From the NCBI GenBank assembly GCA_903902855.1, contig CAIUWK010000040.1, positions 8,279-72,278 of the forward strand: a stretch of DNA of 64,000 bases, in the 5' to 3' direction. The translations under genes were made by a program, and so were the position numbers. Position 1 is the stretch's first letter. Every line of letters starts with the position of its first letter. The DNA comes from an uncultured Geobacter sp. (GTDB taxonomy: Bacteria > Desulfobacterota > Desulfuromonadia > Geobacterales > CAIOGM01). This document shows, piece by piece, positions 47,605-55,862 of the stretch. The notes under the pieces are model-generated. The model worked only from the letters and a program-made list of their open reading frames with translations, did no database searches and had not been told where the DNA came from.

Positions 47605-49641
47605 ATGGGCACTCCAGTCGCTACCACTTCCGACAACACCGAGGCCACCACCGGCAAACATAATTACGTCACACGACGGTTCATTGTCAACAAATTGAAT
47701 TATATCAATTTCCAGAACCGAACCGTACAGGTCAACCTGAGGCATGTCAAATACGACAATACCACCATACTCCTCGCCTCCCCCCTTCCCTGCAGCGGAG
47801 AACTCCTGGAATGTAGCTGGGAGGAACCGTCAGAACTGGGCACTCTACTGAGAACTCACCGGTTCCAAAATCTGCTGATTCTGGATGAGGAAAAGCTCTA
47901 TCTGGTAACGCCAAAAGTACTCCGTCTGGATGAATCGGGGATGAGTCTGCAGTTACCGGAAAACGGTTGTGAAGTCTTTTCCAGGAAGATTTGCCGTCAT
48001 CCCTGCGTCGGTATCGCGGTCCGGTTTATTCAGAACAGCATCCTTTTTACCGGGTTCCTTGCCGATTTCAACCCCGTATCGTTCAGGATAAAACTGGAGC
48101 TTTCCCCTGACCAGACTTTTCGCTGGATCGACGGGGAAACCACGGCAGTCATCATCCTGGAGGCGGAAGGCTCTCTCCTCTATTCCGGTGAATGCCGCAT
48201 CATCAGGCACGACGCCGGACAGAGTCGGCGAGACTACGTGCTTGAACCCATTGACAACGGTAACCGAAGAAGGTTCCGGCCCAAGAAATATCGCAGCACC
48301 CGCCAGGAACTCATTCCTGCCCCCACCATCGAGTTCCGTCATCCGTTCACCCGGAGAAAGATAACTCTCAAGATCCTGGATATCTCCGGTGGGGGATTTT
48401 CCGTGGAAGAGACTTCAAGGGTTTCCGTACTGCTGCCGGGAATGATCCTCCCGGAGATAGAGTTGAACTTCGCCGGCAGCTTCCGGATTACCTGCAGGTG
48501 TCAGGTGATCTATCGGAATCCCGTCGAAACAACCGGAGAAGAATCTCTTGTCAAGTGCGGCATCGCCATTCTTAACATGGATGCCGACGATCATCTGAAA
48601 CTCTTATCCCTGCGACAACAGGCAGCCAACAGGAAATCATATATCGGCGCCAGCGTGGAGATGGATGCACTCTGGAATTTTTTCTTCGCCTCCGGCTTCG
48701 TCTACCCGGGAAAATATGCATATTTCGAGAGCAACAAGGAAGAAATCAAGCGCCTCTATGACAAACTCTACGACCAAAGCCCCCATATCGCCCGACACTT
48801 CATCTACCAGGATCGGGGTGTAATCCTGGGGCACATGGCAATGATCCGCTTTTTTGAAAATTCCTGGCTGATCCACCATCACGCAGCAAGCAAAAATGAA
48901 TCAATGCGGGCGGGGGTCGCCGTGCTGAACCAGATCGGGCAATTCATCAATGATTCCCATGCTATCGGCTCTCTACGAATGAATTATGTTTTATGCTATT
49001 TCCGCCCTGACAACAAATTTCCGGACCGGATCTTCGGCGGTCTCGCCCGGAATCTGAAGGCGCCGCGGGAGTGCTCTCTTGACACCTTCGCCTATTTCCA
49101 CTTCCATCCGGAGGCTCAACCAGCGGAAGAACTCCCCTCGACCTGGCTCATCGAACCGGCGGACATCGATGACCTGCGGGAGTTGTCCCGCTTTTACCGG
49201 CATACCTCGGGGGGGCTGATGCTGGATGCAGTGGATCTGACGCCGGATACGGCGACATGTCGCAAGCTCACCGATGAGTACCGGAAACTGGGGTTCAAGA
49301 AAGAACGTTATCTTTATTCCCTGAAAAAAGAGGGAGAGCTCAAGGCGTTCGCCATGGTCAACATCTCGGACATTGGTCTCAACATGTCGAATCTCACCAA
49401 CTGCCCCACGATTATCATCCTGGGCGATGAAGTTAACAAAGTCATTCTATCCCGTTTTCTGTCATGTATCGCCGTGAAGTACGACGGGAACGAACTCCCG
49501 GTCCTCCTCTACCCCGCCACCCATGCCATGAAATGCTCCGTCTCCACCGAGAAACTATACACGCTCTGGGTGCTTGACATGCAGTATACCGACCATTATT
49601 TCCGTTATCTGGAAAATCTGATCAAGCATATTCAACTCTGA
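47605..49641 (+). CDS. PilZ-domain protein with large unassigned C-terminal region
   Basis: Canonical c-di-GMP motifs R221RRFR225 ... D259ISGGG264. An upstream degenerate PilZ-like segment carries RKICR but no DxSxxG. Residues from about 340 to 678 have no motif I can assign. Confidence 0.8.
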   Translation: MGTPVATTSDNTEATTGKHNYVTRRFIVNKLNYINFQNRTVQVNLRHVKYDNTTILLASPLPCSGELLECSWEEPSELGTLLRTHRFQNLLILDEEKLYLVTPKVLRLDESGMSLQLPENGCEVFSRKICRHPCVGIAVRFIQNSILFTGFLADFNPVSFRIKLELSPDQTFRWIDGETTAVIILEAEGSLLYSGECRIIRHDAGQSRRDYVLEPIDNGNRRRFRPKKYRSTRQELIPAPTIEFRHPFTRRKITLKILDISGGGFSVEETSRVSVLLPGMILPEIELNFAGSFRITCRCQVIYRNPVETTGEESLVKCGIAILNMDADDHLKLLSLRQQAANRKSYIGASVEMDALWNFFFASGFVYPGKYAYFESNKEEIKRLYDKLYDQSPHIARHFIYQDRGVILGHMAMIRFFENSWLIHHHAASKNESMRAGVAVLNQIGQFINDSHAIGSLRMNYVLCYFRPDNKFPDRIFGGLARNLKAPRECSLDTFAYFHFHPEAQPAEELPSTWLIEPADIDDLRELSRFYRHTSGGLMLDAVDLTPDTATCRKLTDEYRKLGFKKERYLYSLKKEGELKAFAMVNISDIGLNMSNLTNCPTIIILGDEVNKVILSRFLSCIAVKYDGNELPVLLYPATHAMKCSVSTEKLYTLWVLDMQYTDHYFRYLENLIKHIQL

Positions 49642-49660
49642 GACCAGGACCGGCGCTTCG

Positions 49661-51595
49661 ATGACGTCATTTCAAACGTCTCCACTGCTCTACAACAGCA
49701 GAATAATCGACACCTACATGAAACTGATCAGAAACCGGTACAGCTATGTGAATGTCACTGAACTGTTGAGTCATGCCGGCATGAAACCCTACGAGATCGC
49801 GGATCAGGGGCACTGGTTCACCCAGGAGCAGGTAAACCGGTTCTATGAAAAACTGGTCTCCATGACCAAGAACGAGAATATCGCACGAGAGGCGGGACGC
49901 TACGCCGCTTCACCGGACGCCATCGGCGTCATGCGTCAGTATATCCTCGGCATGGTCACTCCGGCCACGGTGTATGAACTGATCGGGAAAGCCTCTGCAA
50001 ATTTCACCCGTTCGTCCAGGTACGAATCAAAGAGACTCTCCCCCTCCCAGATAGAGATAACCGTCACCCCCCATGAGGGGGTAACCGAACAGCGCTTTCA
50101 GTGTGAAAACCGGTTCGGCTTTTTTGACGCAATCGTCAACATCTATCAAAACAAATTTCCCAAAATCGAACATCCCGAATGCCTGTTCACCGGCGGGAAA
50201 GTCTGTCGCTATATCATCTCCTGGGAAAACTCCCCCTCCATCTACTGGGGGAGAATCAGGAACTATTCACTCCTCCCGCTGCTGTCGCTCAACCTGCTCC
50301 TGGCGCTCCTGGATGAATGGACCCTGCTTGAATTATCCGGCCCGCTCTCTCTGGCACTGTATCTGTTTCTGACGCTGATCACCAAAAACCGGGAAGCAGA
50401 GGAGATGAAGACAAGTCTCGAAAACACGCGGGATTCGGTGGATTCCCTGCTGGAACAGATCAACCGGAACTACAACAACGCCCTCATGGCCAACGAGATC
50501 GGAAGAGCCATAAGCATCCATACGTCGGTCCCGGAGATCCTGACCAGTGTGAGTCAGATCATGGAAAACCGCCTGGATTTCGATCGAGGTCTCATCCTGC
50601 TTGCCGACAAGAAACGGACTGAATTGGTTCTCTGCGCCGGCTACGGCTACTCGGAGGAAAATATTCAGTTAATACGCAACAGCTCGTTCCATCTGGATCG
50701 CCCGGAGGCCCGGGGTATTTTCGTCGTGTCATTCCATGAGAGAAAACCGTTTCTGGTGAATGATCTCAATGACATCGAAGAGTCGCTCTCTCCCCGGAGC
50801 GTAGAGTTCGCTCGACAGATGGGAAGCCGCTCGTTCATCTGTTGCCCCATCGTCTACTCGGACAGATCCCTGGGGATCGTGGCGGTGGACAACGTCAACT
50901 CCAAAAGGCCGCTCATCGAGAGCGACATGAGCCTCCTCATGGGGATAGCTTCGTCTCTGGGAATAAGCCTCAGGAACGCCGAATATCTGGAATCAAGCAT
51001 CAGGCAGTTCAACTCCATCATCCAGGTACTGGCGGCCAGCATCGACGCACGGGACAACCTCACTTCCGGTCATTCGAAAAAAGTCACCGAATACGCCTTG
51101 GGAATCTGCGATGAACTGGGGCTTAACGGTGACTATCGGAAAATGATCCAGGTGGCGGCTCTCCTCCACGACTACGGTAAGATCGGGGTGCCTGACGCCA
51201 TCCTCAAAAAACAGGGATCCCTGACGTCGGATGAATACGAGGCCGTCAAGCAGCATGCGGACAAATCACGGGAAATTCTGGAGCAGATCAACTTCGAAGG
51301 GATGTACCGGCAGATTCCGGAAATCGTGGGGGCTCACCACGAGAAGATCGACGGGACCGGCTATCCTCGCGGACTCAAGGGGATGGAGATTCCGGTGGGG
51401 GCACGGATCATCTCGGTGGCTGACTATTTCGAGGCCATCACCGCCAAGAGACATTACCGGGACCCCATGCCGGTGGAAGAGGCGTTCAAACTCCTGCGGG
51501 GGGAAATAGGGGTGCATTTCGACGAAAGCTACGTGGAGGCCCTGATTGCCTCTTATATCAGGAGCAACTCATCCCCCAAAAGCGGAACCGATTGA
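49661..51595 (+). CDS. Sensor - 2TM - GAF - HD-GYP c-di-GMP phosphodiesterase
   Basis: HD (LLHDYGKIGVP) and GYP (HHEKIDGTGYPRGL) motifs. A GAF-like middle follows two hydrophobic helices. The N-terminal domain of about 200 aa has an unresolved family. Confidence 0.88.
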   Translation: MTSFQTSPLLYNSRIIDTYMKLIRNRYSYVNVTELLSHAGMKPYEIADQGHWFTQEQVNRFYEKLVSMTKNENIAREAGRYAASPDAIGVMRQYILGMVTPATVYELIGKASANFTRSSRYESKRLSPSQIEITVTPHEGVTEQRFQCENRFGFFDAIVNIYQNKFPKIEHPECLFTGGKVCRYIISWENSPSIYWGRIRNYSLLPLLSLNLLLALLDEWTLLELSGPLSLALYLFLTLITKNREAEEMKTSLENTRDSVDSLLEQINRNYNNALMANEIGRAISIHTSVPEILTSVSQIMENRLDFDRGLILLADKKRTELVLCAGYGYSEENIQLIRNSSFHLDRPEARGIFVVSFHERKPFLVNDLNDIEESLSPRSVEFARQMGSRSFICCPIVYSDRSLGIVAVDNVNSKRPLIESDMSLLMGIASSLGISLRNAEYLESSIRQFNSIIQVLAASIDARDNLTSGHSKKVTEYALGICDELGLNGDYRKMIQVAALLHDYGKIGVPDAILKKQGSLTSDEYEAVKQHADKSREILEQINFEGMYRQIPEIVGAHHEKIDGTGYPRGLKGMEIPVGARIISVADYFEAITAKRHYRDPMPVEEAFKLLRGEIGVHFDESYVEALIASYIRSNSSPKSGTD

Positions 51596-51602
51596 AGGTG
51601 AG

Positions 51603-52406
51603 TTACCGCCGGGTTCCCCGGCAGAGGATGAGCGGCGTATAGGTAAAACGGCGGGGATCGGCAAAAAATGCCCTGAATTCTTCCAGGAATTCAGGGTAAC
51701 CGCCGGCATACTCCACAAACGGGAAACCGGAATGCCTGGCAGCGACTTCGATCTTCCGGCTCCAGTTGTAGGCGTCAACATCACTCAGGTTGCCGTAAAT
51801 CAGATGATGCGACGTCACGTCCACGGCGATCTGTTCCAATCCGTTGTCATAGAGAAAAGCATAGAGCTTCCTCCCCACATAGGGATCAAAATCGAAATCA
51901 CGTTCAATGAGCGCCATGAGTCCGTTGAGGGTAGTTTCAAGGCGTGGTGAAAGGGGGTAGTGGGTAAGGCAATTATAATCCAGATCGATGAGACAGAGCA
52001 CCCCCCCCGGATTCAGCAAAGAGATCAGGTTTTTCACGATTTCAGCGGCAGCAGAACGGTGGTATTCCAGCAGGAAGCGAACCCAGATGAAATCGAAACC
52101 ACCCAGGTCACCGAGCGGCAGGCAGATGTCCCGGCAGACGAACTCTATCCCGGCAACTCCGTACCGCGTACGGGCATGCTCGACTCGTGACTCCGAGGCA
52201 TCCACCCCCAGAACCGTCCCGCCCGGCCCGACCAGGTCAAAGAGGTACGAAGTCGTTTTGCCGGAACCGCACCCGAAATCGGCCACCCGCATCCCCGGCG
52301 TCACTCCGGCCCAGAGTGCCTGCCGGTTGACGGCGGCGCGGTCGGTTTTCAGATCCAGACGCAGGGCCTCTTCCTCATGTTCCATGAGATAACGGTTTTC
52401 CGGCAT
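51603..52406 (-). CDS. Class I SAM-dependent methyltransferase
   Basis: Motif I VADFGCGSGKTT, 267 aa. Confidence 0.8.
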   Translation of the reverse strand: MPENRYLMEHEEEALRLDLKTDRAAVNRQALWAGVTPGMRVADFGCGSGKTTSYLFDLVGPGGTVLGVDASESRVEHARTRYGVAGIEFVCRDICLPLGDLGGFDFIWVRFLLEYHRSAAAEIVKNLISLLNPGGVLCLIDLDYNCLTHYPLSPRLETTLNGLMALIERDFDFDPYVGRKLYAFLYDNGLEQIAVDVTSHHLIYGNLSDVDAYNWSRKIEVAARHSGFPFVEYAGGYPEFLEEFRAFFADPRRFTYTPLILCRGTRR

Positions 52407-52473
52407 GGCACCCCCCTTTCTTCGGAAAAAGGTGTCGCTCTCAGCTTCAGGTCAGGTCACAAGGAGTTTCGCC

Positions 52474-53739
52474 ATGGCATGCAAAAACTCGATCCGAAAC
52501 GGAGTACTCTTCTTTTTCGCGCTGTGCGGTTTCACCTCCGTCGCCCAGGGATCGGGCTACGGTCTCTTCACCCAGGGAGCATCCCCCCTGGGCCAGGCAG
52601 ACGCCGTGGTCGCCCACTGTGACGGCGCGTCGACGCTCTTCTTCAATCCTGCGCTCATGAGTAAACTACCGGGAACCCGGGTGGAAATAGGCACAACCCT
52701 GCTCTTTCCCACTCGCCATTACACGGCTCCCGACGGGTACACGGCAAGCACCAAGGATACGGTTTTTACTCCCAGCACCTTTTACCTGACCCACACCTTC
52801 AACGACAAGATCAGCGCCGGTCTGGCGGTATTTAACCCCTTCGGGCTGGGAACCGACTGGGGGAGTAATTGGGGAGGGGCTTATGGTGGCCAATACATTG
52901 CAACGAAGTCGGAACTGACGACCTGGGAGATCAACCCGGCAGTTTCATACCGGATACTGCCGGCGCTTTCCGTCGCAGCCGGGCTTGACGTTCTGTTGCT
53001 CAACGCAACTCTCGAAAACAAAAATCTGTCAACCACTTACGGTTTCCCTACCCGTTTTGATGTTGCGCAAAAATTCACCGGTTCAGGCAACGGAGTAGGT
53101 TACAATTTCGGCCTATCGTTGGAATTGCCCTACGATATCTCTTTTGGCGCTTCGTACAGGAGTCAGGTAACCATCGACGTGGATGGCGATTTTACTGCCG
53201 ATGTCCTTTCCCAAAGCGTCGGAGGCAAGACAACAGTGAAGCTTCCCCAACAGGTTTTCGCCGGAGTTGCCTACAAACCGACGGATCGAATGACGCTGGA
53301 AGCCGGAATGCGCTGGGAAGATTGGAGCTCATTCCAACAGCTGCAAATCCAATTTGCCCCCAACATATTCGGTCTGCCCTCTCCTTCTCCCTCTCCCCGC
53401 GACTGGCACAGCAGCTACGCCTTCAACCTGGGGGGTAAATTCAAGATCAACGATACCTTTTCCCTTATGGCGGGGTACCTGCACGGCTGGAATCCGGTGC
53501 CGGACAGCACCTTTGACCCGTCAATACCTGATTCGGACACCAATCTCTATACCTTCGGCGGGGAAGCCCGTTACCACGGCTTTACCCTGGGGTTGGCCTA
53601 TGGCTACCAGATGCAGAGCGCCCGTTACAAGTCCGACAACGCTTACGCCCCTACACCTCTCAATGCCTCTGCCTCTGCCGATGGCACCTACGAAACCGAC
53701 CTCCACCTGGTGGGGTTGAGCCTGGGATACACGTTTTAA
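52474..53739 (+). CDS. Outer-membrane hydrophobic-compound transporter (FadL/OMPP1/TodX family)
   Basis: Signal peptide, an N-terminal G(Y)GLFTQGA hatch-like motif, beta-barrel alternation, and a C-terminal aromatic residue (GYTF). Confidence 0.8.
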   Translation: MACKNSIRNGVLFFFALCGFTSVAQGSGYGLFTQGASPLGQADAVVAHCDGASTLFFNPALMSKLPGTRVEIGTTLLFPTRHYTAPDGYTASTKDTVFTPSTFYLTHTFNDKISAGLAVFNPFGLGTDWGSNWGGAYGGQYIATKSELTTWEINPAVSYRILPALSVAAGLDVLLLNATLENKNLSTTYGFPTRFDVAQKFTGSGNGVGYNFGLSLELPYDISFGASYRSQVTIDVDGDFTADVLSQSVGGKTTVKLPQQVFAGVAYKPTDRMTLEAGMRWEDWSSFQQLQIQFAPNIFGLPSPSPSPRDWHSSYAFNLGGKFKINDTFSLMAGYLHGWNPVPDSTFDPSIPDSDTNLYTFGGEARYHGFTLGLAYGYQMQSARYKSDNAYAPTPLNASASADGTYETDLHLVGLSLGYTF

Positions 53740-54629
53740 GTTCCCTGCAGCGCCACTACTCCTGCCCGCCCCTCGATCTCTCCCATGCTCAAGGGGGAAT
53801 CAGGGGCCCCCTTGCCGAACTCCACGGCAGCCTCCGCCAGGGTGATGAACCGGCACCCCAGAGCAGTCAACCGCTCCAAAAGGTCCACAAAAATTGCAGC
53901 GGTCGCCTTCCCTTCCAGTTCCGCATGGATGGTCAGCACGTTGAGTCCCGGAGTGATGAGGGAGAGATAGTGGTCGTTGAGCGTCTGAGTCGTGATCCCG
54001 TTTTCACCCAGCAGTTCATCGGTGGTGGGGAGGGTGGTGGGAAGTTGCAGAGTCCGGAACCGCCGCCCCTCCCAGACCGGATAGAAGGGGGCGCGGCCGC
54101 GACTGTCGCTGCTGTACTCAAGCTTCAGTGCGTCCTGCACCTCCAGGGAAGCGGCAGAGACCATCCACCCCGGCGCGGCCACCGTTTTTGTCCGGTGGCC
54201 GAAGATCTCCTCATAGACGGCGCTGGCCTGTCCCATTTCCAGGGCCACGGTGGGCTTCAGCATTCGGGGGAGATAGTCGTGCCACTTCACATGGTCCCAG
54301 CAGTGGATTCCCACCTCATGCCCCTCCTGCTCCGTCCGGCGGATAATCTCGCCAGAACGCGCCCCGATCATGGGAGGGGGTAACAGCGTACCGTAGAGGA
54401 GGGTACGCAGGCCATAGACCGACGGCGCCCGGGTCCGGATCATCTTGGCGAGAAACCCTTTTCGGGTAAAGATGCGTCGGATGGCCTTACCGGAGTTATC
54501 CGGGCCCAGGGAGAAGTAGAAGGTCCCCCGGATGCCGAACCGCCGGAAGAGGTCCAGCAGCGCCGGAACCCCGTCTCGGGTGCCGATAAAGGTGTCCACA
54601 TCAACTTTCAGGGCAATGACTGGGAGCAT
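53736..54629 (-). CDS. Polysaccharide deacetylase family protein (ArnD-like deformylase)
   Basis: LKVDVDT ... HCWDH NodB-type motifs. Start at ATG 54629. The longer ORF start only translates the heptamer array. Confidence 0.75.
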   Translation of the reverse strand: MLPVIALKVDVDTFIGTRDGVPALLDLFRRFGIRGTFYFSLGPDNSGKAIRRIFTRKGFLAKMIRTRAPSVYGLRTLLYGTLLPPPMIGARSGEIIRRTEQEGHEVGIHCWDHVKWHDYLPRMLKPTVALEMGQASAVYEEIFGHRTKTVAAPGWMVSAASLEVQDALKLEYSSDSRGRAPFYPVWEGRRFRTLQLPTTLPTTDELLGENGITTQTLNDHYLSLITPGLNVLTIHAELEGKATAAIFVDLLERLTALGCRFITLAEAAVEFGKGAPDSPLSMGEIEGRAGVVALQGT

Positions 54630-54636
54630 AATATCC

Positions 54637-54733
54637 AGGTTCAAGGTTAGAGGTTCAAGGTTCGAGGCCGAGGTTCGAGGTTCAAGGTTCAAGGTTCAAG
54701 GTTCAAGGTTCAAGGTTCAAGGTTCAAGGTTCA
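54637..54733. repeat. 14-unit heptamer array, consensus AGGTTCA (8 perfect consecutive copies at the 3' side)
   Basis: The array reads aggttca aggttag aggttca aggttcg aggccg aggttcg, then aggttca x8. Confidence 0.95.
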
Positions 54734-54803
54734 AAAACGATACTATACTGCGATTCACCGGTTTTTTAGAACTTATTTTTACCGGAGAGCCGCAGTTAAC
54801 GGG

Positions 54804-55616
54804 CTAAAGAGTCAGGGGAACATACCCGTCACTGACATACCGCTGGGCGTAGTTCTGACCACCGAAAATGAGAAGATAGAGGTCCATGACCTCCGGCTTT
54901 ATCTTTCTGGAACAACAGTATTCCTGAACGGTTCGGACAACGGATTTTCTTTCTTTCAGGCTGCATAACGTGTAATCCTTCCTGGAATCGATCAATCCAA
55001 TAGCTGCTGCAACTTTCATGACTATCAAATCCGGTTTAATGCAGGGAAAACCCAGATACAATAACAAGTGCAACAGGGCAGTATCATTCTTGAAATAGGG
55101 CATGTCCATGACAATAAATCCGGCGAGGAGATAATCGTACTGTTGCCAAAATCTGTTTATATCATCTTCCGTTGCCAGCTCTTTCGGCAGGTTATAGTTG
55201 TCGAAAAATGTTTCAATGCTTATGTTGCTGTTCCGGTTGGAGGCGAGTAGTTTGGCGCACGTGATGATCGCACCCACTTTCTTCTTAAAGCGAATATCCC
55301 GTATGGCGCCCCAATTGTTTTCGATGATCCAATCGGGATTCATTCGGGCGACTGTCCGTATGTCAAAATGAAAAAAGACCCTCTCGAAAACACCACTCTC
55401 CAGGATGGCAGCCACCGCATCCGATGGCGCATTATTGCTGTAGGCTATCAGGGACGCCATGACCCGCAGCAGATTGTTGTTCTCCCTGGCGACAGTTTCC
55501 GCGTATCTGTTGGTACGTGACTGTATCTCCTGGGAGAAGAGCGGGGTTACCGCACACAGGTCGATCTTTGTTCGCAGGGCATCCAGCTTTTGATACATAT
55601 CCACAACATCCTCCAC
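54804..55616 (-). CDS. Hypothetical protein, divergent helix-hairpin-helix glycosylase-like (Tag-like?)
   Basis: This is the clearly lowest-GC gene in the window. The segment FFHFDIRTVARMNPDWIIENNWGAIRDIRFKKKVGAIITCAKLL parallels E. coli Tag CFHQFDPVKVAAM...GIIRHRGKIQAIIGNARAYL by eye only. Confidence 0.35.
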   Translation of the reverse strand: MEDVVDMYQKLDALRTKIDLCAVTPLFSQEIQSRTNRYAETVARENNNLLRVMASLIAYSNNAPSDAVAAILESGVFERVFFHFDIRTVARMNPDWIIENNWGAIRDIRFKKKVGAIITCAKLLASNRNSNISIETFFDNYNLPKELATEDDINRFWQQYDYLLAGFIVMDMPYFKNDTALLHLLLYLGFPCIKPDLIVMKVAAAIGLIDSRKDYTLCSLKERKSVVRTVQEYCCSRKIKPEVMDLYLLIFGGQNYAQRYVSDGYVPLTL

Positions 55617-55680
55617 AAATTAAGGGGTTGATTTTTTTCGTGATCTCCAGGCGCCCCTTCGGACCTTAGCCGGACGCCTG

Positions 55681-55691
55681 CCCCCCCCCCC
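55681..55691. repeat. C11 homopolymer tract
   Basis: Eleven consecutive C residues lie 65 nt upstream (in the minus sense) of the start of the 54804..55616 gene. Confidence 0.9.
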
Positions 55692-55815
55692 GGAAAACCC
55701 CTGTTTTCCAACGTTTCCAATAATCATTCAAGAATAATAACAGTTAGTTATAGAGAAACTTCGGCATGCCGAAGTGTTGCGTTCAAACGGTCCCGAAACG
55801 CCCTGAAATCGTTTT

Positions 55816-55845
55816 CTTGTTCCCAAGCCAAAGCTTGGGAACAAG
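55816..55845. terminator. Perfect 13-bp hairpin downstream of the OmpA-family gene (no U-tract)
   Basis: The hairpin is cttgttcccaagc-caaa-gcttgggaacaag. It may act as a terminator or stabiliser, but there is no T-run on either side. Confidence 0.4.
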
Positions 55846-55862
55846 CGGAAAACTATGATGGG

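Noticed and set aside
54630-54692. Longer start of the ArnD-like ORF (MNLEPRTSASNLEPLTLNLDI...). ORFs 54532-54807 and 38947-39327 were considered for the same reason.
   Set aside because: These segments are just translations of the heptamer arrays, giving 7-aa periodic peptides such as GSRFKVQ. An internal ATG at 54629 begins the conserved deacetylase sequence.
54637-54733. Possible CRISPR array, considered for this and the other repeat arrays.
   Set aside because: The units are 7 nt long and directly abutting, with no spacers. There is no leader and there are no cas genes. This is tandem microsatellite-like DNA, not CRISPR.
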